From positions 1,191 through 65,190 of IMG/VR virus record IMGVR_UViG_3300033121_000332: a stretch of 64,000 nt of DNA. One strand, 5' to 3'. The notes under the pieces are model-generated. The model was not told the origin of the DNA and did no database searches. It saw only the letters and a program-made list of their open reading frames with translations. The position numbers were made by a program, and so were the translations under genes. Positions 10,758 through 20,685 of the stretch are shown in pieces; position 1 is the first letter of the stretch, and each line of letters opens with the position of its first letter. This stretch comes from a virus (Duplodnaviria > Caudoviricetes).

Positions 10758-11156
10758 TCATTCTTTCTTGCGTTTACGGAGAATGAGTTTCCCATCTTTC
10801 TCTTCCCCGCTATATTCCTGCAACTGCGCCGCCGTCAGCTTCGTGGATGCCAGTATCTTATTGGCTACCACTTTCTGCGCTTCCTCAGCCGCTTTCTGGA
10901 ATTTCTCTAACTGCGCCTGTGCATCCTTAATCTTCAACTGGAGATTCTCGGCCCGAAGGGAAGCAGTTTCCAATTCCTTTTGTAACGCGGAAATCTCTGC
11001 CGTCTGTTCCTTTGTCAATTCAACGACTTCGGGAGTTTCGGCTGCTTTTTCTGCGGGTTTGTCTTTTGCCTTGTCCTGCGCGTAACCGAACACGGTCAAG
11101 TGCAGGCACATTACAAGTACGCCTAAATATTTAGTGTTCATGCGCTGAGTATACAC
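10758..11156 (-). CDS. Signal-peptide-bearing coiled-coil protein
   Basis: KYLGVLVMCLHLTVFGYA|QD signal-like N-terminus followed by heptad-rich helix; start could be 11141. Confidence 0.6.
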   Translation of the reverse strand: MYTQRMNTKYLGVLVMCLHLTVFGYAQDKAKDKPAEKAAETPEVVELTKEQTAEISALQKELETASLRAENLQLKIKDAQAQLEKFQKAAEEAQKVVANKILASTKLTAAQLQEYSGEEKDGKLILRKRKKE

Positions 11157-11162
11157 CTTTTG

Positions 11163-11582
11163 TTATTGTGGCGGCAACGTCGCGTCTACCGTAGCCGCCG
11201 CTGAGTCAGCCGCCGTTTTTTGGGCGGTCGCAATATCCTGTGAGCGGACGATATCTTTGATATAGCGGGTAAGTTGCTGGTTGAAGAAAGCTTGCTTGCT
11301 TTGCGGGTTTGGAATGGTTGCAGCCTGTCCCTGCTGGCCGGCCAGTGGATTCGGAATCTTATCCTGATACCCGTAAGCTGAGGCGAAAGCATCAAGCACC
11401 TTCTGTTTTGCCGCCGCATCTTTGTAGGCGATGTAAGTTGCTTGAGCCTGAGCCGTGCCGTTATCCACGATCCCGTTACCGGCTCGCACGTCAAACAGTT
11501 TGGTTGGAACCTGCGAGCGCACAAGCGCATTCGCCATGAATATGACTATAATAGCCATAACGATCAGTGATATTCTCTTCAT
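11163..11582 (-). CDS. Secreted hypothetical protein
   Basis: GAGG RBS before ATG 11582; MKRISLIVMAIIVIFMANALVRS|Q signal peptide. Confidence 0.65.
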   Translation of the reverse strand: MKRISLIVMAIIVIFMANALVRSQVPTKLFDVRAGNGIVDNGTAQAQATYIAYKDAAAKQKVLDAFASAYGYQDKIPNPLAGQQGQAATIPNPQSKQAFFNQQLTRYIKDIVRSQDIATAQKTAADSAAATVDATLPPQ

Positions 11583-11590
11583 AGTCTCCC

Positions 11591-12127
11591 TCAAAATTTG
11601 CAGTGTCGTTTAATCTCTTTCGAGATTGCGGTTGTATCTATGCTTGTAATTTCCACTCCCAACCTTCCGGCCAGACGCTCATCGTCTTCACCGTAGTAGT
11701 AGTGGAGTGCTTCGTGGATAACATGTTCCGGCTTTAATCCCATTTCCTGATAAACCAGTATCAGCAGGCGACCGCCGTATCTTCCCTGAATCATCGCTGG
11801 ATGGACGTTCATTTCTGCCAGCGCGTCGTTAAACACCTGGTCAGGCATATCGTGAAAAGTCCCGATCCAGTTGACCGGCATTCGCGTTTTCCAGCCGTCA
11901 ATGAACATCGCCTGATCGAGTATTGTGTGAAGCCGGTAGATATCGACATCGTATTTACTCAGCCAGACGGTGCATTTCAGATCCTTGTACAGCGTCCTTT
12001 TCGCCTTGTCCCTCGCCCTGTCTGCCTGCTCCATCCGTGGGTATGGCGGGAACAGGTCAAGGCGCGAGAAGGCGTCAAGGTTGTAACGGGCCGATAGAAT
12101 GGCCGCGATTGCTATGTCAAGGAACAT
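11591..12127 (-). CDS. Putative zinc metallopeptidase
   Basis: HEALH (HExxH) motif; start placed at ATG 12127, which overlaps the upstream TAA (TAATG coupling). Confidence 0.6.
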   Translation of the reverse strand: MFLDIAIAAILSARYNLDAFSRLDLFPPYPRMEQADRARDKAKRTLYKDLKCTVWLSKYDVDIYRLHTILDQAMFIDGWKTRMPVNWIGTFHDMPDQVFNDALAEMNVHPAMIQGRYGGRLLILVYQEMGLKPEHVIHEALHYYYGEDDERLAGRLGVEITSIDTTAISKEIKRHCKF

Positions 12128-13176
12128 TAGCTTGTTGGAGCCGATAACGTGATGTAATACGCTCGCCCATGGCGGGGCGTGCATATTCTGTAGTGCAAAA
12201 ATGCTGGCCGCGTCACTACGACCAAGTGATGCTCAGGGAACTCTTGGCGGAATAATTGTATTTTTTGCGCAGCATCCTTGCGCATGTATCCCTTAATTTC
12301 TACATATTGATCCCATTCCGCCACGTAAAAGTCGGGTACGTATAAAGTACGATTGGAAAGGCTGAAAGACTGAGATTCGTACTCCCATGTAACGCCCTTA
12401 TCGTCTAGGCACTCAGCAAACGCTAACTCCCACGTACTGCGAAATGATAAATCGCGCCCTCGTGCATCTCGGTATGGGAATTTATGTCCAGACGTTGGCG
12501 GATGGTAACGACGCTCCGTAGGGACGTTAAAATGAGCAAGTGCCGCTTGAACGGAGCATGCGCCGACGCGAAAATGCTCTGCAACTCGCTTTTGCGTCCA
12601 CCCCTCTTGATATAAGCGGCAGGCTTCTTGTGAATCTTCAAGCGTTAACGCCCGTCGCTTCCAATTTTGACGCCCCCGCTTCGCCTGACTGCTATTACGG
12701 CGAACTACTCGGTTAGCTACTAGTAGCTTGTGCACATAGGAGGGGGAAATCTGATACTTCTTCGCTAGATCCGGGCCTGTCATTCCCGCTTTATATTCTG
12801 TCATCAATCTGGCAACCTGATCCGGCTCAATCTTACTGCGATTGTAAATGCCTTTGGCTTTAAGATGGCGAATCACTGTCCCGACAGAGCGTTTTACCTG
12901 TTTGGCGATACTATGGGCGGCCATGCCTTGAATGTGCAATTCGCACATGCGATCTATCTCCGGCTGTAGCACATCTGTTACATGAGTAGCGCGTCCGCGC
13001 ATCTTTCGCGCATCGCGGCTAGAGCGAGTGCCGCCTAGCATGCGATTTACCCATCGCAGTACGCTGGTCTGCCCTATCCCCATCTTTCGAGCAATTTGCC
13101 TCGCGGACATACCACTCTGGTATGCGCCCACTAACTCTTGAATTGTTGTAGCTGTTAAATTAGTACGTTTAGCCAT
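12127..13176 (-). CDS. Free-standing homing-endonuclease-like protein: tandem HTH repeats plus C-terminal PD-(D/E)xK nuclease
   Basis: Several HTH-like repeats, then FRSTWE...WEYE...YVPDFYV...YVEIKG nuclease motif. Confidence 0.8.
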   Translation of the reverse strand: MAKRTNLTATTIQELVGAYQSGMSARQIARKMGIGQTSVLRWVNRMLGGTRSSRDARKMRGRATHVTDVLQPEIDRMCELHIQGMAAHSIAKQVKRSVGTVIRHLKAKGIYNRSKIEPDQVARLMTEYKAGMTGPDLAKKYQISPSYVHKLLVANRVVRRNSSQAKRGRQNWKRRALTLEDSQEACRLYQEGWTQKRVAEHFRVGACSVQAALAHFNVPTERRYHPPTSGHKFPYRDARGRDLSFRSTWELAFAECLDDKGVTWEYESQSFSLSNRTLYVPDFYVAEWDQYVEIKGYMRKDAAQKIQLFRQEFPEHHLVVVTRPAFLHYRICTPRHGRAYYITLSAPTS

Positions 13177-13181
13177 GATCT

Positions 13182-13190
13182 ATTATAACA
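13182..13190 (-). promoter_or_regulatory. Extended -10 promoter giving a probably leaderless transcript of the endonuclease
   Basis: Minus strand reads TGtTATAAT-agatc-ATG with no RBS. Confidence 0.55.
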
Positions 13191-13196
13191 TAACCA

Positions 13197-16100
13197 CTAA
13201 TTTGTGGCCGGAGTTATACTGATGTAATGCACCGTTATTCGAATTACCCCCGCTCCGGGTGTCCCAGTCGTGGTGATCCTAACTTTGGCTGTGCTTGCCT
13301 GATATGGCCCCTGCCCCGCTGTTGTTCGGTCAGCCTTCCATTGATTGATGCCTACGGTTGTTGTGCCGCTTGTGAGAGTGGCGTTCGCATCGCTGAACCT
13401 GTCCGCGATTGTCGCATCGCCTAGCTTCCAGTCGGTTGCGGTTGTGATCGTGGTCGTGATGCGCCCGGTGACTGACAGGATAATGCTGTTTGCTGGCAGG
13501 TCGATTGTGCTGTCAGTTGTCGTACCGGAGGTTGAGAGGGTGATTGATTCGGTTAGCGTTCCGCGCACCTGCGTCCCGCCGTTCACGTCAGACACCGTGG
13601 CGGTCGTTGCGGTAGATGATGAGTTCAACGCCCATCTATTCGTCCCGTTGTTCGTGAACTGTACGATATCCACGCTCGGCGTTGCCGCTGAGTCTACGCG
13701 GAGGGCGACGCGGGAGGCGGAGCCGGAGACGATGTGAGCTTGTGCCCCGATTGATACGCTTGTTGACCCAACTACTAATTGACCTGAGCCTGTACCACCA
13801 TCGGTAACACGAACAATCGCGGCTCCAAATCGAGCCACGCCCGTATCAGGATCGGCAAAAGTAGAGCCGTTTCTCCATGCATATTGGCTATTATTATCCC
13901 CTGTGATTATAATGCCTTTAGTGGGATGTAGCTGCGGCCCGTTATATCCCTGAATTGTAAATCGTATATCCCCGCCACCGGCTGAATAAAACATGGCAGA
14001 ATTGGTGCTTGCGGAGAATGAATATGCGTTACTCGCGCCAGATGCCAGGATCGCACCATTCTGTATTAGCAAGGCAGCGGCATTCGTTATAGTTCCGAAG
14101 CTTCCCGCGCTCGGCGCACCCGTAATTGCCACGGTCGCCGCCGTCGTGATCGTATTGCTACCTGATACAAAATCATAAGTCGGTGCGACAAATACATTCT
14201 CACGCTGTGTAGTAATGTTTCCATTCGCCCATTTGCGCGTGACCGTCGCACCTGAACCATTCCCGCCAAAGTACGCGCCCACGCTTTCAGTGGAAGCCGT
14301 CTGCCCCGTGTCGGCTGGCGTGTTGATCCGGTAATACGACGCCACCCCGCTTGTCCGCGCCGTAGCCGCGAACTGCACCGCGCCGTTCGCATCAACCGAG
14401 CTTCCCGCAATCTCACCGACCACGTTACCCGAAGTCTCATACAGGATGCGCCCAGCCGTGCCGGAGGTGATTGCGGTTGTGCCGATGGTCAGACCCGCCG
14501 CTGCGCCAGACAAGTTTCTCCATGCACCACCAATATAGGCATACAGCCTGTAATTGGTCGCGTCTATCGAAGTCGGTACTATTCCGGTAAGCACCGTAGC
14601 CGGAGTTCCAGCAGGCGTTCCATTCGTGGCGTTCATATACAGAAAGCCATTAGTGGCCGATGTCCCGCGCAATGCGGTCGAGTCACCCAAAAAGACGTTG
14701 CCTAGTTGGTCAATTTCACCCATCAAGACGTAAGGATTAAGGGACGATCCGGCCCCGCCAGCCGCCGCTGTATAGAACGTAATCGATCCACCTGCGCCGG
14801 TTCCAGTACCCGCCGCGCCCTGAAGCCGGAGATAACCGCCGACTTTATTTAAGCCTGTGCCTTCCGTGCCACTTATCGTACCGCTTGTAGCGGTTGCGCT
14901 TTGATACCCCTTGCCGACATACAGGTATCCATCCGGCCCAATGGCTGTCTTGAGTGAACCGTTGATATACCATTCCTGAGCCGAAGCCGTAGGAGATGCA
15001 GCCGTGTCAACTTTAAGCGCGACATATGCCAGATTTTGAGCGGTAATCAAAACATTCGGACTTGCGCCGGACTGATACTCAAAACCAGCCGCGCCGCCGA
15101 AAGATGAAGAATTATTGAACTGAAGTTGCTTGTTCGAACCGGCAGGAGTGCCGCCGCCTGACCCGATACAGTTTGCCGATGCGCCGTTTTCATAACAGCG
15201 GAATTTATTGCTCGTCGAGTTGTACCAGATGTCACCGTTCGATGGAGTTGACGGATCGCCCGCAAACGAGCCGACATTGATACCGGGAGTGGTCGCGTCA
15301 GGCGAAAATGTCTGCCGGATACCCGATGACCAGGTTAAAGGCTGTGAAACACTGATACCCGTTGAGAGAGTTTTATTGGTGAATATTTGCGACGTGGCGA
15401 TTGTCGCGAGTGTCGCCGTCGCGCCATTGACCCTGATACGATAGAGATGACCGCTTGAGTCATACCACATATCGCCATTTGTCGGAGATGATGGATCGCC
15501 AGCCTGTGAGCCGATATTGATACCCGCATTCGTTCCGTTCGGGTTGAATGTCTGCTTGACGCCATCCGCCCACGAAAGCGATTGATCCACCGACATTGTT
15601 GGACTTGCGCCGGCTGTGAGTGTCAGGAAAGTCGTATAGGACGCGCCGCCTGTGTTATACGCTTGAATGAGAAGCGTATCGGCGCCAGTTGTCGAAGTCT
15701 TTAACGCTCCGCCTGTAGCAAGGACGATCCCACCAGATGTCAGGGTAAGAAGATTCGTAGTTTTGTTCCACGTAAAATCAGCGTCACCGCCGAAGGCGGA
15801 TGAGTCGTTAAACTGAACCTGTGTGTCTGAGCCACCGGGACTACCCGCGCCGCCCGAACATGCCGTCCATGAGAGCGTGCCTGATCCGTTCGATGCTAAA
15901 CACTGTGTGCCTGTTGAATCGGTAGCAGGAAACGTAAACGTAAGCGGAGCCGCCATTGCCTGCGCTTTAAGTGCAAGGTAGTCAGTGCCGCCGCCTGAAG
16001 GCTCCATGAATCGAAGTTCAGCCGCGACCGCTCCACCACCAAGTTTTATGGCAGCAGCCGACCCGCCGATATTCATTGTGCTTGCCGCACCACCAAAGTT

Positions 16101-19100
16101 GATCGTGGTTGCCGTGGTATTCAATAAATCGAAAGATGCCGAGCCGGTAACAAGCGAAGTCGTGATAGTCGGAGTCGTGGCAATCAGGTTGCCCGACCCA
16201 AACGTGACATTTGTGCCATTCGAAGTCGCGCCAGAAATACCACCAAAAGCACCCGCATTATTGTATTGAAGTTGCGTATTGGAGCCGCCCGGAGTTCCAC
16301 CACCTGATCCTGTCAGGTTTGTCCACGCGCCGGCAAAATAAGCGTAAAGCCTGCTATTAGTCGAATCGACCGTAAGCGGGACAGTTCCGGTGTAAGCAGT
16401 TGGAGTGCCAGCCGGGACGCCTGCCACGCTCGGAATGTAGACGAATCCATCAGTGTCAGCGGTGCTTGTCGTATGACCGCCGAAAACATAGTTCGCCCGA
16501 TCCGTGCGAGACACAATCTTGCCGAAACTTGAACCCGATGAATTGAACTCTATAAAGTTTCCGGTCGCGCTTGTCTGGAAGTCGAAATACAACCCATGAT
16601 GACCCACCGCCGAAGGAGCAATGCCAAGGGCGTAACTGGCCGTCAGCGTCATGTTCGTTCCGGCTTTAGGCGTGTCCAGATAGAGCAGCGTTGCGTTACT
16701 GATCGTCTCTGCCCCGGTTGCCCGGTAAGTCGGAGACTGGAAGCGCATCGCCCTTTGTAGCGAGAACGCGCCGCCACCCGCCGTAAACTGGACGTTTCGA
16801 TTCAGATTAAGATTAACGTCCGTTGCTTCGGTGTCAGCCGCTAAAGCGGTATGCGCTGGCCCCGTCAGCGTGAATATCGTAGGCGAACCGGAGCTTGACG
16901 CCGTGGGAGCGATGGTCAAAGACACTGCGCCTGAGCCTTGCGTCATCATCGAATTTTCAAGTTCCCACGAAGTTGACGACCAGAGCGGGATCTTGTTGGC
17001 CGTGTAGGATGCCTGATTTGCGACGACTATCGGATTGTACTGGCCGGTATTCTTGGACAAAACCAACTGCTGATTCGTCACGCCGCCTGTAATGTCGTAA
17101 AAAAGTTTGCCGTCATTAGCTAATGCCGCAGTCGGAGCCGACGAGAATCCGCGATAGAAACCCGCGCCGGATGTGGCGTACCCGCCCCGGACATTGCCGG
17201 CTGAATCCTTAATTTGCAGCAACTCGGCGGTCGATGCCGCCACCGCTTTGACGATCAACGGAACAATAGTGGTGTCCGACTGCGTGATAATCGCGTGATC
17301 TGTAGACAGGACATTGGTTGTCTTATTGTAGGTTAAGCCGGAGTCGCCGTTGAAGTTGCCGGAGTCGTTGAACTGTACCTGTGTGTTTGATCCACCGGGA
17401 CTACTACTACCACCAGAGCAAGCCGTCCACGAAAGCGTACCCGATCCATTATCGGCTAGACACTGCGTACCCGTCGAGTAAGCCGTAGGAAGCGTATAGG
17501 TCAGATTTGCGCCTGTCACTCCCGGTTGCAGGGTGAAGGTGTTGGCGTTTGTAGAGTTATTGAACGTCAAGACGCCAGATGTAGTACTCCCCGCTCCCAG
17601 GATAGCCGAAGTCTGGAAGTAGCCACTGCGCCACCTTGTAGATGCCGCACCTAAATCCCGCGTATTGCTTACGTCAGGATTGAGCGTCGAAAGCAGCGTT
17701 GATGCCGTAGAGTTCAGGGTGAAAATTGCACTTCCGTTCAGAGCGAAACCTAAATCGGTAGTCGCCCCTGCTAGATACATCCCCGTTCCATTGTCATTGG
17801 TAAACGAGAAAGTTGGCGAACCCGATGTGTTATTCGCGCCCCAAAATCGCCCCGGTGATTTAACTGCGGAATTGCCGCTGTCATATTCCAGTCCCGATGT
17901 GCTTGAAAGAGTCGTAGCCGCTGACCACGTTGCAAGGCGTGGAGCGGTTCCTGACCCTGTGACTGGCCCCGATGTGATACCAATCGATACCACGCGCCAA
18001 TCAAGCGTTGTGTTGTTCGGCATCAGGATGACAGATCCGCCATTTGTCGCTATCGCGTAAGTTGATCCATTGACCGTTCCACCGCTCCCCGCCGTGATTG
18101 TGATGTTATTAGCTGCCGCTGCGCCGGAAATGTCCTTAATCATCACGCTTTGGCCCACCTGGTACCATCCCGGCCATGGCAGGGTGATCGTGCAAGCGGT
18201 CGGACAGTTTGCCTCAATATAACGAACACCTGGATTAGTATATGTCGCAGATGCGGTAATGCTCACTACTGGAGCCTGTCCATCTTTGCGCGACAAGCGA
18301 GCAATCAGTGATGTAGATGAATCCCAATAAGTCGAAAGCGGGACGCTGTTTGCGATTGAAGGGCCAACCCCTTGCGTCTCGATAGGCGCGAAACCGTTGG
18401 CATGGACAGCCTGCGAGTTGGCGTAATTTGCTAATGCTTGATCAATCGAGACACTATCCTCAATGACGCCTCTCGCAATCTGCTGTGCGTAGAAATCTGA
18501 GCCATCGCCTGCCAGATCAAACTGAATAGGCTTGCCGGTTCCAACTCCACTCGCATCTACCGCAAACCTTGACCGGCCACGAACATTGATAAGTGAACTG
18601 GAATAAGACAAGATGCCATTAGACACCCATGATTCAAAATTACAACTTGTGCAATCAAAGACAGCTCCGGAATTGACCACATCCCCATCTACACCATTCT
18701 TGCGCCCGACTGCGGCAATCCGGCTGCTTGCTACCACGTTATTAATACCATTACAGGATATACAGTTGAAATCGCCCTGCTTAATACGAAAACCCGTTGG
18801 AGCGGTTGCCCGGACATCTCCGATGTAGATATTAACGAAGGTATTTGACGGCATCGCTGGCGCGGCATAGAGCAACGGATAATTGACACAGTTGGTTATA
18901 AACATGTTCTCAAACTGAGAACTGTAAACATTCCCCACGTACAACCCGTAGTTGCCTGCATTTTCAATCGTTACATTTCGAACCTGAACGCCGAACACGT
19001 AACTTCCATCGTCTATTTTGAGCGCATTCTGTGAACTGCCGGCTGTGATTAACCCCCGAATGGTCATATCCTGAATGGTCGCACCTCGAAAAGCGGATGC

Positions 19101-20201
19101 GCTCACGTTCAGGATATCGGCATTTGTGGTGCTATAGATAATGGTTTTCCCTACACCGTCACCCACAAGCATTGTGGAACCTGTTATCGTTAAACCTGTG
19201 ACCAGATATGTCCCACCGGGGAGATAGCATTCGAATCCACCTGCTTGCGCGGCATTGATGCAATTCTGTAATGGAGTCGTATCGTTGGCGACTCCATTAC
19301 CTACCGCGCTATAGTCAACCTTGGCGTTATAGGCTTGCCTGATATTGGAGCCGCCGCCACCACCACCGCCCGTAGCGTTAAGAACCCCGCTCGTAATTGA
19401 AAGATTTGTTCCAAGGGTCAGACAGGAAACCACGTTTCCAGACGACGCAAAATAATACAGTTGTCCCGACGAACAAGAAGCGAATCGATTGTCTATTTCA
19501 CTCTTGGTATAGGAATCACGATTCGGGGGAACAATCGCCGTAGGGGAGTTATATGTACAAATTGCCGTCCACGTTGTCGGCGTCGTAGCGGGTAAAGCGA
19601 ACTGTTCAAAGCAGTTATAATATTGGACAAGAGAGTTATCTGTCCGATAAAAGGCGGCAGTATATTTTGCCTGATTGGTTGGACTCACCGCATCCGTAGT
19701 CGCATCCAGAATCATTTCAGACAAGTAGAGTGACGATGTGGCCCCATCGCTGATAATCGATGCGCCAACCTGCTTGTACCATGAGCTTGAACCGGGAACC
19801 CCAGGCTGGACAATGTACGTCTTATTCTTTGGCTGGAACGCTCTGTCTGCGTAAATACGGAACAGGACGTACTTGTAGAGCGTCATTGACGTGGAACCAC
19901 CGGCTCCACTGTAAAGGGTCGTCAGAACAAATAAAGACTGTGTACTGACTGACTGAACTACATACTGGCTACCGTTGATATTGACCCTGAACCCGGATAA
20001 CCCCACAGTATTTGACGGCATACACGCCGAACAGGAGACAATATTGCTACCATTATTGACAGTCACCGTCAGCGTCCGGTCGCTTCCCGCGTTGGACGGA
20101 TTAAAATTGGGGATGGTGCTTGCACCTACGGTCACATCGGTTGCGTATGCCGACGATGCGAATACAAAGATGAGTGCCAGGATTCCAAGAAGTCTTTTCA
20201 T
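13197..20201 (-). CDS. Giant tail-fibre/tailspike-like protein with pectate-lyase-3-type beta-helix and an N-terminal signal peptide
   Basis: AKVDYSAVGNGVANDTTPLQNCINAA...YLPGGTYLV beta-helix start; duplicated fibre modules; begins MKRLLGILALIFVFASSAYA; start 20201 (or 20210). Confidence 0.75.
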   Translation of the reverse strand: MKRLLGILALIFVFASSAYATDVTVGASTIPNFNPSNAGSDRTLTVTVNNGSNIVSCSACMPSNTVGLSGFRVNINGSQYVVQSVSTQSLFVLTTLYSGAGGSTSMTLYKYVLFRIYADRAFQPKNKTYIVQPGVPGSSSWYKQVGASIISDGATSSLYLSEMILDATTDAVSPTNQAKYTAAFYRTDNSLVQYYNCFEQFALPATTPTTWTAICTYNSPTAIVPPNRDSYTKSEIDNRFASCSSGQLYYFASSGNVVSCLTLGTNLSITSGVLNATGGGGGGGSNIRQAYNAKVDYSAVGNGVANDTTPLQNCINAAQAGGFECYLPGGTYLVTGLTITGSTMLVGDGVGKTIIYSTTNADILNVSASAFRGATIQDMTIRGLITAGSSQNALKIDDGSYVFGVQVRNVTIENAGNYGLYVGNVYSSQFENMFITNCVNYPLLYAAPAMPSNTFVNIYIGDVRATAPTGFRIKQGDFNCISCNGINNVVASSRIAAVGRKNGVDGDVVNSGAVFDCTSCNFESWVSNGILSYSSSLINVRGRSRFAVDASGVGTGKPIQFDLAGDGSDFYAQQIARGVIEDSVSIDQALANYANSQAVHANGFAPIETQGVGPSIANSVPLSTYWDSSTSLIARLSRKDGQAPVVSITASATYTNPGVRYIEANCPTACTITLPWPGWYQVGQSVMIKDISGAAAANNITITAGSGGTVNGSTYAIATNGGSVILMPNNTTLDWRVVSIGITSGPVTGSGTAPRLATWSAATTLSSTSGLEYDSGNSAVKSPGRFWGANNTSGSPTFSFTNDNGTGMYLAGATTDLGFALNGSAIFTLNSTASTLLSTLNPDVSNTRDLGAASTRWRSGYFQTSAILGAGSTTSGVLTFNNSTNANTFTLQPGVTGANLTYTLPTAYSTGTQCLADNGSGTLSWTACSGGSSSPGGSNTQVQFNDSGNFNGDSGLTYNKTTNVLSTDHAIITQSDTTIVPLIVKAVAASTAELLQIKDSAGNVRGGYATSGAGFYRGFSSAPTAALANDGKLFYDITGGVTNQQLVLSKNTGQYNPIVVANQASYTANKIPLWSSTSWELENSMMTQGSGAVSLTIAPTASSSGSPTIFTLTGPAHTALAADTEATDVNLNLNRNVQFTAGGGAFSLQRAMRFQSPTYRATGAETISNATLLYLDTPKAGTNMTLTASYALGIAPSAVGHHGLYFDFQTSATGNFIEFNSSGSSFGKIVSRTDRANYVFGGHTTSTADTDGFVYIPSVAGVPAGTPTAYTGTVPLTVDSTNSRLYAYFAGAWTNLTGSGGGTPGGSNTQLQYNNAGAFGGISGATSNGTNVTFGSGNLIATTPTITTSLVTGSASFDLLNTTATTINFGGAASTMNIGGSAAAIKLGGGAVAAELRFMEPSGGGTDYLALKAQAMAAPLTFTFPATDSTGTQCLASNGSGTLSWTACSGGAGSPGGSDTQVQFNDSSAFGGDADFTWNKTTNLLTLTSGGIVLATGGALKTSTTGADTLLIQAYNTGGASYTTFLTLTAGASPTMSVDQSLSWADGVKQTFNPNGTNAGINIGSQAGDPSSPTNGDMWYDSSGHLYRIRVNGATATLATIATSQIFTNKTLSTGISVSQPLTWSSGIRQTFSPDATTPGINVGSFAGDPSTPSNGDIWYNSTSNKFRCYENGASANCIGSGGGTPAGSNKQLQFNNSSSFGGAAGFEYQSGASPNVLITAQNLAYVALKVDTAASPTASAQEWYINGSLKTAIGPDGYLYVGKGYQSATATSGTISGTEGTGLNKVGGYLRLQGAAGTGTGAGGSITFYTAAAGGAGSSLNPYVLMGEIDQLGNVFLGDSTALRGTSATNGFLYMNATNGTPAGTPATVLTGIVPTSIDATNYRLYAYIGGAWRNLSGAAAGLTIGTTAITSGTAGRILYETSGNVVGEIAGSSVDANGAVQFAATARTSGVASYYRINTPADTGQTASTESVGAYFGGNGSGATVTRKWANGNITTQRENVFVAPTYDFVSGSNTITTAATVAITGAPSAGSFGTITNAAALLIQNGAILASGASNAYSFSASTNSAMFYSAGGGDIRFTIQGYNGPQLHPTKGIIITGDNNSQYAWRNGSTFADPDTGVARFGAAIVRVTDGGTGSGQLVVGSTSVSIGAQAHIVSGSASRVALRVDSAATPSVDIVQFTNNGTNRWALNSSSTATTATVSDVNGGTQVRGTLTESITLSTSGTTTDSTIDLPANSIILSVTGRITTTITTATDWKLGDATIADRFSDANATLTSGTTTVGINQWKADRTTAGQGPYQASTAKVRITTTGTPGAGVIRITVHYISITPATN

Positions 20202-20202
20202 A

Positions 20203-20685
20203 TTATTCATAAAGTAATTGATTCTCCTGCTTGGCTCGGATTCCAAGCATCACCCAATAAGCTAATAAGGGAAACACGCCCGTACTATGACCAAGAATCA
20301 GAGACAGGGAGCCAGACATAAGGACGAAGCCAATATATCCCGGATGCCGAGAGAATTTATATGCACCGGATCTTACGATGCGCTGCGGGTATGCCAGATT
20401 TGGCATAAAGTAGGGATTGGATCTCATCGCCCATGCCACCAATGACATCCCCGGTAAAAAGAATATCACCCCTAATGCCACCTGTAGGAAGTTCGGCTGA
20501 TGTACTCCCCAAGTGATTTTTTCAATTATCCACGTCATCCATATTAGATGGTAGCAAAGGATGGCTATTCGCGGAAACTTTTCCGTCGCTTCCAGATTAT
20601 AATTCTGCTGGTGGGATGTGGCAAGATGGTCACTGATTGCCAACCAGTAGAAAATGTGCAATACAAATGCAATACAAGCGTTCAT
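20203..20685 (-). CDS. Isoprenylcysteine carboxylmethyltransferase / phospholipid methyltransferase (ICMT/PEMT) family membrane protein
   Basis: Multiple TM helices and IVRSGAYKFSRHPGYIG...RAKQENQLL family signature; ATG 20685 overlaps the upstream TGA. Confidence 0.85.
   Translation of the reverse strand: MNACIAFVLHIFYWLAISDHLATSHQQNYNLEATEKFPRIAILCYHLIWMTWIIEKITWGVHQPNFLQVALGVIFFLPGMSLVAWAMRSNPYFMPNLAYPQRIVRSGAYKFSRHPGYIGFVLMSGSLSLILGHSTGVFPLLAYWVMLGIRAKQENQLLYE

Noticed and set aside
13197-20201. Internal repeats as a diversity-generating retroelement TR/VR pair
   Set aside because: Copies differ mainly at synonymous positions rather than at adenines, and no reverse transcriptase is present in the window.
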